This document shows positions 41,011-54,787 of a stretch of 64,000 nucleotides of DNA, in pieces. The position numbers were made by a program, and so were the translations under genes. Where the stretch lies: the NCBI GenBank assembly GCA_951406725.2, contig OX597825.1:32984001-33048000 (forward strand). The letters run 5' to 3'. The stretch is from Octopus vulgaris. Its lineage: Eukaryota. Under the pieces are notes generated by a model, which was given only the letters and a program-made list of their open reading frames with translations, did no database searches and was not told the DNA's origin. Numbering within the stretch: position 1 is the stretch's first letter; each line of letters begins with the position of its first letter.

Positions 41011-41566
41011 GTTCTAATTTCAATTCCCTGCAAAGTCAACTTTGCTTTACATCCTTTTGGGAGGTTGATAAAAAAAACTATTGATCCAGGTCGATAGATT
41101 GGTGGAACTATAAGAACGCCGGAGCAGATGCCTTTCAGTATTTGTGCCAACTCATTGAGTTCTGATTTGAAATCCCAACAAGGCCTACTTGGATGGAAGA
41201 CTTAATCCGTCACTCTGTTTAACATCACTTGGTATTTTGGGTATCTTTAACGGACTCCACTCATTTGCAAGCATTCAGGCCAGGTCTCCAGCTGGAGGAT
41301 GTCACCTTCTAACTAGTCCCAAAGAGTCACTGACATTGCCTTCCCTCTTGAATAAAAGATGAAACATATGGGAAGTGTCCGTTGTGAGATGTAAGAGGAG
41401 AGGACACTTTCAATGTATGTCACGTTGTGTAATCCTCGACTGAGGAGCCATCGTCAGTCTCAAGATGGAGATAATGAACAGCAACAATTATTAATAATTG
41501 ACTGACCGCTGCCTTTTTGTAACCTCTTGTTCTTGCAATGTCCTTCTTCTTGCTATAAGCGAACAA

Positions 41567-42164
41567 GGCGACGAGCTGGCAGAAACGTTAGCACGCCGGG
41601 CGAAATGCTAAGCGGTATTTCATCTGCCGTTACGTTGAGTTCAAATTCCGCTGAGGTCGACTTTGCCTTTCGTCCTTTCGGGGTCGATAAATTAAGTATC
41701 AGTTACGCACTGGGATCGATGTAATCGACTTAATCCGTTTGTCTGTCCTTGTTTGTCATCTGTGTGTTTAGCCCCCTGTGGATAGTAAAGAAATAGGTAT
41801 TTCGTCTGACTTTACGTTCTGAGTTCAAATTCCGCCGAATTCGACTTTGCCTTTCATCGTTTCGGGGTCGATTAAATAAGTACCAGTTACGCACTGGGGT
41901 CGATGTAATCGACTTAATCCGTTTGTCTGTCCTTGTTTGTCATCTGTGTGTTTAGCCCCCTGTGGATAGTAAAGAAATAGGTATTTCGTCTGACTTTACG
42001 TTCTGAGTTCAAATTCCGCCGAGGTCGACTTTGCCTTTCATCGTTTCGGGGTCGATTAAATAAGTACCAGTTACGCACTGGGGTCGATGTAATCGACTTA
42101 ATCCGTTTGTCTGACCTTGTTTGTCCCCTCTGTGTGTAGCCCCTTGTGGGCAGTAAAGAAATAA
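41567..42164 (+). mobile_element. SINE-A trimer (one head plus three ~184-bp bodies)
   Basis: Near-identical units joined by gtaaagaaatag|gtatttcgtctg (aaataggtat at 41791 and 41975). Confidence 0.95.
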
Positions 42165-43469
42165 GCGAACATATTTCTTCAACTGGCGTCTAACTGAAGC
42201 AGCTTGGTCATCGTCTCATTGACACTAGCGATGATAGAGAGAAGCTTCTTAGTTGTCTCAGTGAATACCAATCGTAATTATTGATGGAAATGCCGCCAGC
42301 ATTATGGCTTGTTTCAAAAATTCTAATCTCCAACATATTGACTGAATTAAGGAATTCATGAGATTTAACCTAATAACAAGACAAATCAACGAGTTTATTC
42401 TAGACAGTAATTCTCTAAACTTCGATACATGATTGTATAACTCAAAGGTACAATTTCTGCTAATGAACTTCTAATGATAGGTTGCTAAACATTTCCAAGA
42501 CTTTCCTTCAAAAATACCAATCAATCATCTATGTTTAAAACTTGTTAATTTCTCATGTGCCGCTAATTCTTTTGAAAAAAGGATATGCGTCACAGTGTCG
42601 TTCTGCTGTGTCTCCTATAATTTAGATGTTTTATACCTTTCTAAGAAATAGTCATTACAGTATATTACAGTATTTCACAATATTACGTGAATGTATGACC
42701 AAACAGTCATTTTTATATGATAAATAGTTCCCAATATGACACGAATCTGCTCTACGACTATTGTGATATATTAAGTATTCACAATATTACATGAGTCTCC
42801 TCCACCACCCAACTCGCGTCATGGATCTCAGAGATAGAAAATTTTACTCTTGTTTTATTATTCATCTTCATTGTATATATGATTATTTATAAATGACTGG
42901 AGTATTATGAATCAGTGGAGTATTCGTTTTAAATATTATGATATACTATGGAATAAACTTGTAGATTTATGTGAGAAAATTCATTAAAACTAATTAAGTA
43001 CACTTGGCAGAAAAGTCTATTTTTATACAATTCCAGTGTAGACAGAAAAGGCAGAATCTCCTGGATTGTTTACAGCTATCGTTGGGATTTCTTCAGCAAT
43101 CGAGTACCCTTCTTTAAACTATCCACAACGTTATCATTATACGTGACTTTATTAAATTAGGAATCCCGATTTGCATAAATAACGCATTTTTAGTAATTCA
43201 ATGTTTACTGGTGTTCGTTTTATTTTTATATTACGGCACAGTACAGAATAAACAACTTGGTTTAATCTGGCTGTGCGTGCACAACAGGGATCGAAACTAG
43301 TCCAACTTTTATTCTGTCGACGGTTGGCAGTCATAAGTACCAACATAGTTATGTTTCGATAACATCTATTGTACTAAGCACATTTTACAATGTTTTATCG
43401 AAGACACTCGTTTATCATGTATTTTTCTTTTGTGGGTAGAAGTTATCAGTTCTTATTCTTTCTTAATTG

Positions 43470-43615
43470 CTAGCGAATTTACTGAGTCATTAGAGCATCG
43501 AATAGAATACCCTGTGGTATTTCCTACGGCTCTTAGAGTTCTAAGTTAGAATTACACTGACGTCAACTTTGCCTTTCATCCTTCTAAAGTCAATAAAGTA
43601 TTAATCAAGTACTGG

Positions 43616-43689
<74 letters not shown>

Positions 43690-43690
43690 A
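43470..43690 (+). mobile_element. Diverged SINE-A followed by (CT)n
   Basis: gtcaactttgcctttcatccttctaaagtcaataa. Confidence 0.72.
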
Positions 43691-44703
43691 ATTAACTACA
43701 TTGCACCATGACAAGGATAGTTGGAGGACACTCACTCCAAAACGGGAAAAGATCTGAGCGAGGAACTAACAACCTCTTCTCACAAAGAAATTCCATACGT
43801 TACTGAACCGTCCAAATTCCACTGGAACTGCTCAGTATGTATTACTGTACGATATGGAAACAGAGATTAAAGGAGGTTATTTCTTAAACTATACTTACTC
43901 ATTTCCTGATGATGTGTCTTTTATTTCAGTTTTATTTTTTCTATTATATTTATTTATTGGCGATATTCATATTTTCACATTTTTCTTTTTTTTTTTTTTT
44001 TTTGTCCACCGGGATCTCTAAATGGCTTTTCCGTTGTGCATGCCATATTGCATTCTTTTTAATGTTTATTTTGGTTCTTTCTAATACCTTGCTTTCATTT
44101 TGTTGTCCCTGATCTCACGAACTAGTCAGATCTAGTTTCTATTTTCCACTGTCTCTTATTTTGTTTTATTTTTCTGTTTTGAATGTTTTGAATTCAGTAG
44201 TCTTTCAATTTGGTCTTTCAAAATTTATGTTGAGATTCTCTTGAAATAAATGTGGCTGGTGCATTAAAATTCTGAATCAATCTGCTTACATCGTCAAACT
44301 GTTCATGATTTAGGATCTCAAAGAGTGCTTTCTTTTACACTATTATTTTTCTGATTGTAATTTTCCATTTAAATTCTTATTGAAAGCGATCTCCTCTCTT
44401 CTAAAGAAAGATAAGACACTTCTAGAATTTTCCCCTCCGGCTTGTAATATCTTCAAATTTCTTATATATTGTTCGATTTTGTATACTTCTGAGGGTGTTC
44501 TGTAGTTGTATTTCTCTTGGTAACCTTTCCAAGAATAAGACTTTGTACGTTTTAGTATTTATTTTGGTTATATTTTTCGTATTTTCAATTGTTTTATTTA
44601 CATTTCCCAAACTGATTCTCTTTTATTGTATTTTTATTATATGTGTGTGTGTGTGCGTGTGTTCTGTGTGTGTATGTGCGTGTGTTGTGTGTGTGTGTGT
44701 GTG

Positions 44704-44782
<79 letters not shown>

Positions 44783-45699
44783 TCCAAAATATATTTACCT
44801 AAGATTCTATAATATATTTTCGTCTATATTTCATTTCATAGTTAAGCGTAGTCTAAGATATTAACTGTAGTGAACCAAAAGTAATATACATATATGCATT
44901 CAAGTGAAATTACATCTGTAAAGAGAAAAAAAATCTACTAGCGTTATGACAATTCTTGAAAGGAAGGGGAGAGAATTCCGAAACTGAAATTCATGATAAT
45001 CACATTGAGGAAGTGTGTCTGTTCGTACGATTTTGCTCGGATGTATTTTTCTTTCTGTAACTTCTGTGCTTTGGACAGGATTTCGTGCAGCTGTATAGCA
45101 ATGATATTATGCAGCATGACCTTAGACAAGAAAACTGTTTCCCTTTCGTCCTTTCTTTTTGAATTTTCCCTTCGTTGACGATGGTACTAAAGCAAGAGGT
45201 ACTTACAGCATTGTACCTGTGTTGGCGTTCACCTGAAATGAACTAAACCGGTTGCTGGCTTCGAATAATGAATTCAAAATTATCACAAACAGGAACATAC
45301 TACTCACGGTGATCACAACTGCCCAATACGGGGATTGTCAACCAATAGCAATTTCAAAAGCAGACATCATATATTTGAGGACAAGACCTCAATTCCACGT
45401 CTAACTTGATCGTACTGACCTACGCTACAGTTATCCACCTCAACGTTTATGCAATCCTGGGAAGATGGAACTCTTTCGATGACAGTTTGAGTAATCAACT
45501 CCAAAATACTCACAACACGGTTTTTACTCAAATATTCTTCATCAACGATTAAATATTGACTTCTAACGCAAGGCCTGGTACTTTTTGCCAGTTGAGAAAG
45601 AGCCGGTTTCTAGTGAGACACAAGTAGGAATTAAATATGTATACTGGCGTTTAGCTTAATTTCTACTACATGTGTGTGTGTGTTTGTGTGTGTGTGTAT

Positions 45700-46545
45700 A
45701 ATTATTCAGTTTTATTTCAAGATTTCTTGCCAGTAAAGAAAGAGCCGGTTTCTAACCTAGATCTAAGGCTCCATTGGAATTTCAACAACATCAACAGGGT
45801 ATTTTTGCATGTATGTATGTGTGCAGATTTGTATATTTTGCTTTATGTGTGTATTCTCATGCATATAGTTGCATATCTAAACATGCTCATATAAATGATA
45901 AACATAAATGATAAACTTCTGGAAATCTTTACAGATTTTTACACTTCCATTAATGCCAGTATTGGCCGGGATCTATAGTCTTCGAATCAGCTTTCTCCTT
46001 TCTGGTTTTGAGAAGCCTAATATCTCAAGATTGGTATTTAGGCAATGTGTTACCTACCCCAGTTCCCCAGTAATTACAAGTATAAACCTAAACTCGTAAT
46101 CTGGATAGAGTAAATGCAAATTTCTCAACAGTCCAGCGAAAGTATTTTCCTTTTCGTTGAATTTTAGCTTTATGTTAACATCCGCTGAGCAAATGATTTC
46201 CACAACTGAACACAGTTGCTTTTTCAATCCTAAATTATTATCACGTCCATTATGTTTGCGTTTAATTTAGGTTTCCACTGGGATATTTCACCAGAGCTTA
46301 ACCCAATACTGTGGATTCTTACTTCTTTGTCTTCGGGGTCATCCTTCCGACGGATTTTGTTATACAGTGTCCTAACTACAATATCATGTCTCATCGGAAG
46401 ATAACACCGTGATGATATTTTCGGACAAATGCTTATGATGTAGGTAATATTTTCTGCATCGGTTCTCACATTTTACTGCATTTCCTGCATCTCTGTCCCT
46501 CTTGTGCATCAAGTATTTCGTGGGTATTTCCTGTTCCTGAATAGT
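45700..46545 (-). mobile_element. 5'-truncated R4/Dong-like retrotransposon related to 30868-31870
   Basis: IQEQEIPTKYLMHKRD and IISICPK..YLPMRHDIVVRTLYN. The 3' UTR has gaaaccggctc, with a second tail copy at ~45580-45625. Confidence 0.88.
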
Positions 46546-46619
46546 GTGTATGTATGTATGTATGTATGTATGTATGTATGTATGTATGTATGTATGTATG
46601 TATGTGTGTATGTATGTAT

Positions 46620-46720
46620 GCACGACGAGCTTCTTTCATTTTCCGACTACTAAATCCACTCAGAAGTCTTTGGACGACCCTAGGAAATAGTAAAAGACAC
46701 TTGTCCAAGGTGCCACGCAG
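46620..46720 (-). mobile_element. SINE-B fragment
   Basis: cgacgagcttctttcattttccg..agacacttgtccaaggtgccacgcag. Confidence 0.82.
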
Positions 46721-47104
46721 TAGAATGTGTGTATGCGTGCATGTATGTATTATTACTATTAATTTATATATTTATAGGGTCACTTGTCTTACGAATAACA
46801 TAAATAATTAACATAAATAACGTAAATGTTTTCTGTATAATAGATTATATTATGTTTCCGATATCGTTCCGTAGTTTATCATTTAATATAATATGGATAA
46901 TACAAATGTGGCGTATATAATGGATTACGTCTGCGTTATTGTTCTATAATTGAGAATACATTTGGTACATTTACAATCCGTAGCAGAAAACGTCGCAGCC
47001 CCACCATCACCCCACCACACACACAAACTTTCTTTTGTAACTAATAGAAAAATAAAGAATATTTAGTTTTCAGTATTAATAGTTTGAACTATAAGCTATG
47101 TATA

Positions 47105-47186
<82 letters not shown>

Positions 47187-49602
47187 TGTGTGTGTGTGTG
47201 TCTGTGTGTAAGTATGAGTGTTGTTGTTTTTGTTACTGTTGTTCGATGAGTTACTAGGGCACTGAAGCACAACCAGCTCTCATTAATGCTGCTCTGTGGC
47301 TTAATAAAGGCACAAATATTTTACTGTCCCGGTCTAAATCATTTAAAATAGATAACATAATCAGATGACACCCTACTAACCTATCACAACAGTAAAAACA
47401 CAGCATAACTGATGAGCATTTCTCTAGTTTACAGTGCGAAGAACATCTCATTTTGTCAGAATTAACTGATGGGGTACAACCTCAACCAGACTGGCTTGGC
47501 ATTGATGCATTAGATTGAAACGAAGCGGTTAGTGAAGCAACCACAATGAAATCTATAACCTTCGAAACATTATTTACTTCTGGGTAGCATGAAAATGTTC
47601 TTAGTTCCATTACCTTGTTATATTGATGTCAATTTTAATTTGAAATGTAAGAGGTGTGGTTAAGATATAATATAGAAAATTGTGCCGTCGAAAAACTCGA
47701 GATCAAAAACGTCAGCTACCCATAAACAACTAGAACGTAAATACGTGAATCTGTGTTGACATCTATATATCTATGCTATAAAATTTGAAGCTAGATATAA
47801 ACGTTAGCTTACTGCACAAACTTTCCGTTGTTGTCAAAACATGGAGTGCTGTAAATTTTTAGTTTATTGCAAAAGAAAGATAAATTAGACTGCTTTAAAA
47901 TGCAACATTTTCACACAAAGAATGTTATGTAATAATAGAAGTATAGATTACCATAAATGTTTATATGCTCGTAAAGCATCTAAATTGCAACAATAAATTA
48001 GATTTCACCGTAAAGCATATGATTATAAAATCAACGAGAGGTTATATCGATTTCTTCCATAAGCACAAGGTCACCGATTTATTAAGAGAGGGAGAAACGA
48101 TACTGTGTGACATTAATGCCTCTGTCAAAGATATTAGTATCGTAAGAGAATCAAAGTAATGGCTCTTAAAGATTAGCTTCCATTCTACGGTGTTCGCCTT
48201 ATATTTGGAATTTATTGATTTCTATCGTCTAAGGACAAAAGAAAAAGAAATAGAATATTGTTACTGTTTTGTTTTCCTTTAAGAAGATTAGCAGCGAGCA
48301 AGAGAAATGAAGAAATGAAAGAGTTTAATCATGAATAGAATCCAGGTCGATAAATCGGTTCCCTGCCAACTTTTGCCTTATACTCTTGCGCTCAAAACTT
48401 TTTCGATGTTTAAAATTATATTGAGGTTTGACAGTGGTGCATGGAAAGTAATTTTTAAAGGAAGTGTATAAGCTCCATATTAGCTTCAGTGTACTCCCAA
48501 TATCTTTTTTATTGAAACAGGACAGAGTAAAGTTAAACTCCATTGCAGTGGAATTTGAATTGCAAACCTAGAATGAGAAACGAAATTAAATGTATCCTGT
48601 ACATTCTGGCCACGTACTATATTGATGTTGGGAATCTAATAAATTTATTTTATATCAGTAAATACGGTAAAGTGATGTAGATTGAATATGATTCACTAGA
48701 GAAGTACAGATTTCAATTGTGTTTCGTTATAACTGCGTTGAACACTAAATTCTGGAGACCACAATTCAGTTAGTTGTTGACATTATGTGCTAAAATTTCT
48801 AGGTTTGGAGCTCGCGATTGATTTTATGTATTATACGAGAGGGGGGAGAGAGAGGGAGAGGGGGGAGAGGGAGAGAGGGAGAGAGAGAGAGAGAACTATG
48901 AATGTCAGTCATTCCTCAGTTATTACTGGATACCTGCCTACTCAGTGACCATATGACTCTTTTGTCATTCATAAAGATATTTATTATTTACAATGTCTGT
49001 GGAAAGGTTCGGCTTTGCAATGCTTTATATTTCATCGCCTCCTATAAATCCTAGACTTCAACCCTATATTAGGAACTAACCTACGAGTTTTTATTGTTAA
49101 ATTCCTCGCTTTTATTGTTGCAATCATCGACTACTGGTTTATCCATTGCTGGTTTATTCACTGATTACAGCTTGAAATTTGTCTCAAGATGATGCTTGGT
49201 CAAAAGAAATAAATTATTTATTTTCAAGAATGCTGTAGAACAAGCATCTCGATCCTCCGTTTCTGCAAGCCGTTTTGATTAACGCTTAAAGCCAAGTGAC
49301 TCAATGAATGTGGTCCTGCCCTTAAAAATGCAGTGCTTCCACGAAATATTTTCCTATCAAATGCAAATATCTTGCTTGGATTCTTCTGTAAAATCAAGTC
49401 ACGTAGCTTCTAGTAAAGTTAATGTCGCAAATGTAATTACTGAAGAAGCCTAAACATGACTACTAGTTTGATTCCATACGAAGGTACTTTTTCCTCAAGC
49501 TTCTGATGGTCTTCAAAATTTTATGAACAACACATTTTCCTGCTTCCTATCCTCATTCTTAATGCCAACGCTTCCAATAACAAACACAAATATGTCTCGA
49601 GG

Positions 49603-49826
49603 TTTTTAGCATTTAAACTGGTCGTATCTAACCCAAATATTCTACCTTTATTTATTTTCAAATAAGTCATATCCTACATTTCACACCTATCCTACAATGT
49701 CATTCTAAAAATAAGCAATCACATTATCGAAATACCGAAGCTGCAAGATAATGCACGATTAATTGAAAACAATTTGAATAAATAAGCATTAAATTTGACA
49801 AAGTAATCTGAATGCTAAAGGATTAA
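49603..49826. mobile_element. TTAA-type (piggyBac-like) MITE
   Basis: Left tttagcatt and right aatgctaaaggaTTAA inverted termini; the left end is eroded. Confidence 0.55.
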
Positions 49827-50677
49827 GCTATCTATCAGAAATAAGAATGAATATCAGTAACTGCTTTAAATAACAAGAAACACTGCATGGTCAACTGATG
49901 TTTCGTTATGTTGCTCATGCCCCTTTGACTGCATCTATTAAGAGGAGATGGACTTGGCCTCGATAAACTGAATGAAGGCGATGTATTCAAGAGATGCAGT
50001 AATGATCAGGTTGATGCACATTCACGCACGTACACAGCATCTGTGCACAACAAGTGACTTTTAAGCTTGTTATATAGTCATGGAGATCTAACGAGAACTT
50101 TAAACAGCGAAAGAGAAAACCGTCAGCTTCTAGCAAATCAATAGATAGGCATTGATATCTATTGATTATTATCTTTCGTTTATATAATCATATACAACTA
50201 ACGAAACCCGTGGAAATTTCATAGGCTTCTCTAGTGAACATAATAACAACGAGAAAGCAACGTATTCAATTAATATCGCTCCTTCACACAATATAAACCG
50301 TTTTAGCTTACGATGCTCGTCAATGAAGTGGACTCAATATTTATTTCCTTAATTAATAGCAACCGGTTAAATTAAAATACACAAAAAAACATGATCAATC
50401 AAAACAACTTAATTTTTACTAGTATCAACACCTTTTCTCCATAAATTTCCTGAAAAAGGAGTTCTAACCTGATATTGAAGTATCAGGTAATAACAATAAC
50501 CATCGATCTGTATTATTAATTTGAAGAAGCTGCGTTGATTTGATATTTAAAAAAATATTTAAAACATATATCAGTCACTGCTTCATGAAAACTATAGACA
50601 GACAGACACTCACACAGACAGACAGTCAGACAAGCAGACAGACAGACTGACTGACTAACAGACAGACAGCTAGATAA

Positions 50678-50922
50678 CTTTCTTTATTGGCCACACAGGG
50701 CTGAACACAGAGGGTATAAATACAAATGTAGAGCTCTTCTTTTCGAAGATGGAAAAAGAAAAAGTAAAAACAAGGAAACAAATGTAAAATTCCGATCAAA
50801 AGGGATCGGGAAAAAAATGGCGATCAAAAGGGATCGTGTATCACAGAAAGAATTATTTTTTTTAAAGTAAGAAGCAAGATTAGGTTCATCCGTGGAAAGA
50901 AAAGCCTACAGAAAAGACCACA
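50678..50922 (-). mobile_element. LINE-like 3' end inserted in a (GACA)/(GATA) microsatellite
   Basis: The minus strand is T-rich and ends ccctctgtgttcagccctgtgtggccAATAAAgaaag. Confidence 0.65.
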
Positions 50923-50923
50923 C

Positions 50924-51018
<95 letters not shown>

Positions 51019-51804
51019 GTTTTGCATAACATACCCTTAAACTTTTATTTAAGCTATTTTATCTCCTTTTAAAACATTATCGAGTTTGTAGTGGTTCATG
51101 AAAGAAAATTCAAGCAACTGCACACCGTCTGTGCATAAGATTCAAACATACAACTGGTCGTTATTTTTTAGCCGAGATAGTGACCTCGTTTTTTTGCTAT
51201 TACCTGTCTGTCTGCTAATGCCGACCACTCTTAGCTTGTTTGTACAGTTTACAAGATGTTTATGATTTTAACAAGATGTCGACGATGTTAACGAGGTGTT
51301 TACGACAGTTAACAAGGTGTTTAATGTTTTGAACAAGTAATTTTTTTTTCAATACCGATATTGCCATTAATTTAATATGCCTCAGGTATAATATCAGGAC
51401 GGTATTCAACTCTGATATTGTTAAATTATACATCGTCTTGTTTAATGTAGATCTCAACCCAAATTTTTCAATAGAATGTATCCATCTATTCTTGGGAAGG
51501 AACCTTCATCAATTTTATTTACAGTTATCCTTTTACTTAGTTCTTTATTATTAATACTTTTATTGTCATTCACAACTGGTTTCCAAGTTGTTCACTTGTA
51601 ATTAACATTTATTTGAGAATTTTACTCACGTGTTTTCATGTTATTATTTCAAAACCTTTTCGCTATTATCTCAGTTTTGCTTGACTATGAGTAAATATGT
51701 TGGGGTTTTTTTTTGCGTTTAAGTGTTTGAGCTTAACCTGATGACAATCATTCAATTCTTGAGGAGTGCTTGAGTATAGCCTAATGACCATATCACTCAC
51801 CAGA

Positions 51805-51965
51805 CATTACGATCTGAGTTCAAATTCCGCTGAGGTCGACTTAGACTTTCATCCTTTCGGGATCCATAAAATAAGCACCAGTTGTGCACTGAGGTCGATG
51901 TAATTCACTACCCCTACCCATCCCCCACCAAAACAAATTTTAAGCCTCGTGTCTATAGTAGAAAA
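51805..51965 (+). mobile_element. SINE-A, 5'-truncated
   Basis: ctgagttcaaattccgctgaggtcgac..tcatcctttcggg..gcctcgtgtctatagtagaaa. Confidence 0.88.
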
Positions 51966-52050
51966 GCATCCTCGTGTAGCTAGTGTCACTGCTCTTAACG
52001 CTACCACTACCATTGTCATCACAAGTAGCAACATCAACACTACTACAACA

Positions 52051-52116
<66 letters not shown>

Positions 52117-52229
52117 GCTATTGTGTTTTGTTTTGATCAGTTTTTTATTTTGTTTTGTTTTTCTTTATATAATTATTATTTTTCATGTTTGTAATTGTGG
52201 TTTTATCTTGTTTACTCTTTTCTCTTCAG

Positions 52230-52325
52230 ATCGGAGCCGAAAGCCTCAATACTATGGTGCCTAGCAACGGTGCGCCCCCACTACTTGGCTCAGGCACGGA
52301 AGTGTCTCCTGCGGGCAGCTACTAA
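52230..52325 (+). CDS. Candidate terminal coding exon of an unidentified host gene (IGAESLNTMVPSNGAPPLLGSGTEVSPAGSY*)
   Basis: Strong acceptor tttactcttttctcttcAG. The GC-rich block runs exactly from the acceptor to TAA with an open phase-0 frame, followed by A-rich UTR-like sequence. Confidence 0.55.
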   Translation: MGAESLNTMVPSNGAPPLLGSGTEVSPAGSY

Positions 52326-52695
52326 AGAAAAACAAAAACAAACATAACTAAAGACAAAATACGGCCAGTCACAGAAATTTCCGATAAAAAAAATATATAC
52401 CACTCGAAGTTCGATTTTTATTCAGTTCAGTTCGATAAAGAAAGCAGAAAGAAGAAAAGAGGAAAGAAAGAAAGAAAGACAGAAATAGAAAAAGAACGAA
52501 AGCTAGGAAAGAAAAGAAAAGAAAAGAAAAGAAAAAATGAAAGAAAGTAGAAAAGAATGAAAGGGACATAAGAAAATAATAAGTTGACGGTAAGAATTCA
52601 AGAAAGTAAAGTAACCAGACGAGATACTGGGAAAGCAAAATGGAGAAACGAAAACAAAATGAAGAACAGAGATACAAAAGAAGCAAAATATTATA

Positions 52696-52753
<58 letters not shown>

Positions 52754-52768
52754 TACGTATACATATAC

Positions 52769-52807
<39 letters not shown>

Positions 52808-52835
52808 CGTATATATATATATTTACATATATACA

Positions 52836-52867
<32 letters not shown>

Positions 52868-53116
52868 AGGTGGGATTATATTCGTTCCGCCTTTTTATTA
52901 GTCTTGTTCAGCGATTGCCTAAAAATATCGCGGGATAATGTTATTTCCAAAATTTCTTATTTTGCAATCGCTTAATAAGTTAAAAACAAAAAAAAAAGAG
53001 GAAAAACTAAAAAGAACAATACCATAAAAATACAAATACAATACAATACAAAACTAAAAACAAAGGGTCATGTTTTTCTATTATTACTCTATTATCATTA
53101 ATATTATTGTTGTTGC

Positions 53117-53182
<66 letters not shown>

Positions 53183-53919
53183 AGTACTGCGGTCGATTAA
53201 ATCGACTTTTCCTTTCTTTTTCAATATGTACGGCCTTTTTGCCTATATTATAAATCATCATTTCTTCCTTTTTTAAAAAATATTTTATCTTATTTTTATT
53301 CATTTCATTTTAAACATTACTACTTTAAAGCAAAAAAAAAAATCCCTGAATTAAACTTTCCGTTTCCTTATTAAAAGTAAGAACCAGTCACTGAGGAAAT
53401 GAATTGATTTCAATGGCTGTGTCCTTCCCCCATCAGTCCCTCTAAAAAAATATCTAAAAACAAAAATCCATATTTTTTCTTTGGAGGTGGCCATGGTTGA
53501 AATGTACTACAATTGATGTATCACTTCTGAGAAAGTAAAAAGAGTATTTATTGCACAGGTCAAGTTTAACCTCATACATTTTACGTCATACATTCAAGAA
53601 GACGTCCCTCACCATCGTTTACATTATTCCTTCACCCCATTAAACTGTTTCTCTCCTGCTTACATGCAAAAACAAAATCCCTAAACGTACTCATTTTTTT
53701 CTGCTCCAAGCTTTAACATTCTTCTTCCTCTTCCATTTATTCTCCATCTTCACCTTTATTTTTTTTTATCAATTTCTTGTCTATACCTTCATTTTTACCT
53801 CTTTCTTTCTCACATTCTTATTCTCTCTTCTTCATTTCCTAAATTCAATTAAAGTGGAAATGATTACAAACTAATTAATTACATTACTCCGTCATTTTGG
53901 AATACCTTCATCAGAAGCA

Positions 53920-54386
53920 AGGTGGGCAGATTAGCAGAATCGTAAAATTGTCGGGGAAATACCTTTCTTCCGGTTCTTTACATTCCGAATTCAGATCCAC
54001 CAAAAGATCAATTTTGCCTCTCATCCTTTCTGGGTCGATAAAATAAATTACCGGGCAAGTGCTGGGATCAATGTAATTGATTAAAACCCTCCCCTCAAAA
54101 TTTCTGGCCACGTGCCTAAATCAGAAAGTGTTGTTTAAGGATGGTGAACTGATGGATTCGTTAAAGAGTCGATAAAATGCATTGAGATACGTCTTTCAAC
54201 TCTTTACATTCTGAGTTCAAATCCCGCCGAGAATGACTTTCTCTTTCATCCTTTCGGGGTCGGTAAAATAAAATATCGGTCATGTTCTGAGGTCGATGGT
54301 ATCGACTTAACCCTCACATATTTACTAGCCTTGTGCCCAAATCAGAAACCATTATTAATAATTATTATTACTATCATTATTATTAC

Positions 54387-54452
<66 letters not shown>

Positions 54453-54715
54453 CATTATTACCATAATTATCATCATCATCATCATCGTTATTATTATTTA
54501 TTAAGGCGGCGAGCTGGCAGAGTCGTTAGCACGCTGGACGAAATGCTTAGCGATATTTCGCCTGTCGCTACGTTCTGAGTTCAAATTCCGCCGAGGTCGA
54601 CTTTGCCTTTCATTCTTTCGGGGTCGATAAATTAAGTACTTGTTACGTACTGGGTTCTATCTAATCGACTGGCCCCCTTCAAAAAATTTTCAGGCCTTGT
54701 GCCTATAGTAGAAAC

Positions 54716-54787
<72 letters not shown>

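Noticed and set aside
47405-47460. CTGATGA-gcatt..agtgc-GAAG hammerhead-like motif
   Set aside because: GAAA is incomplete, stems I and III do not form, and there is no TA or inverted-repeat context.
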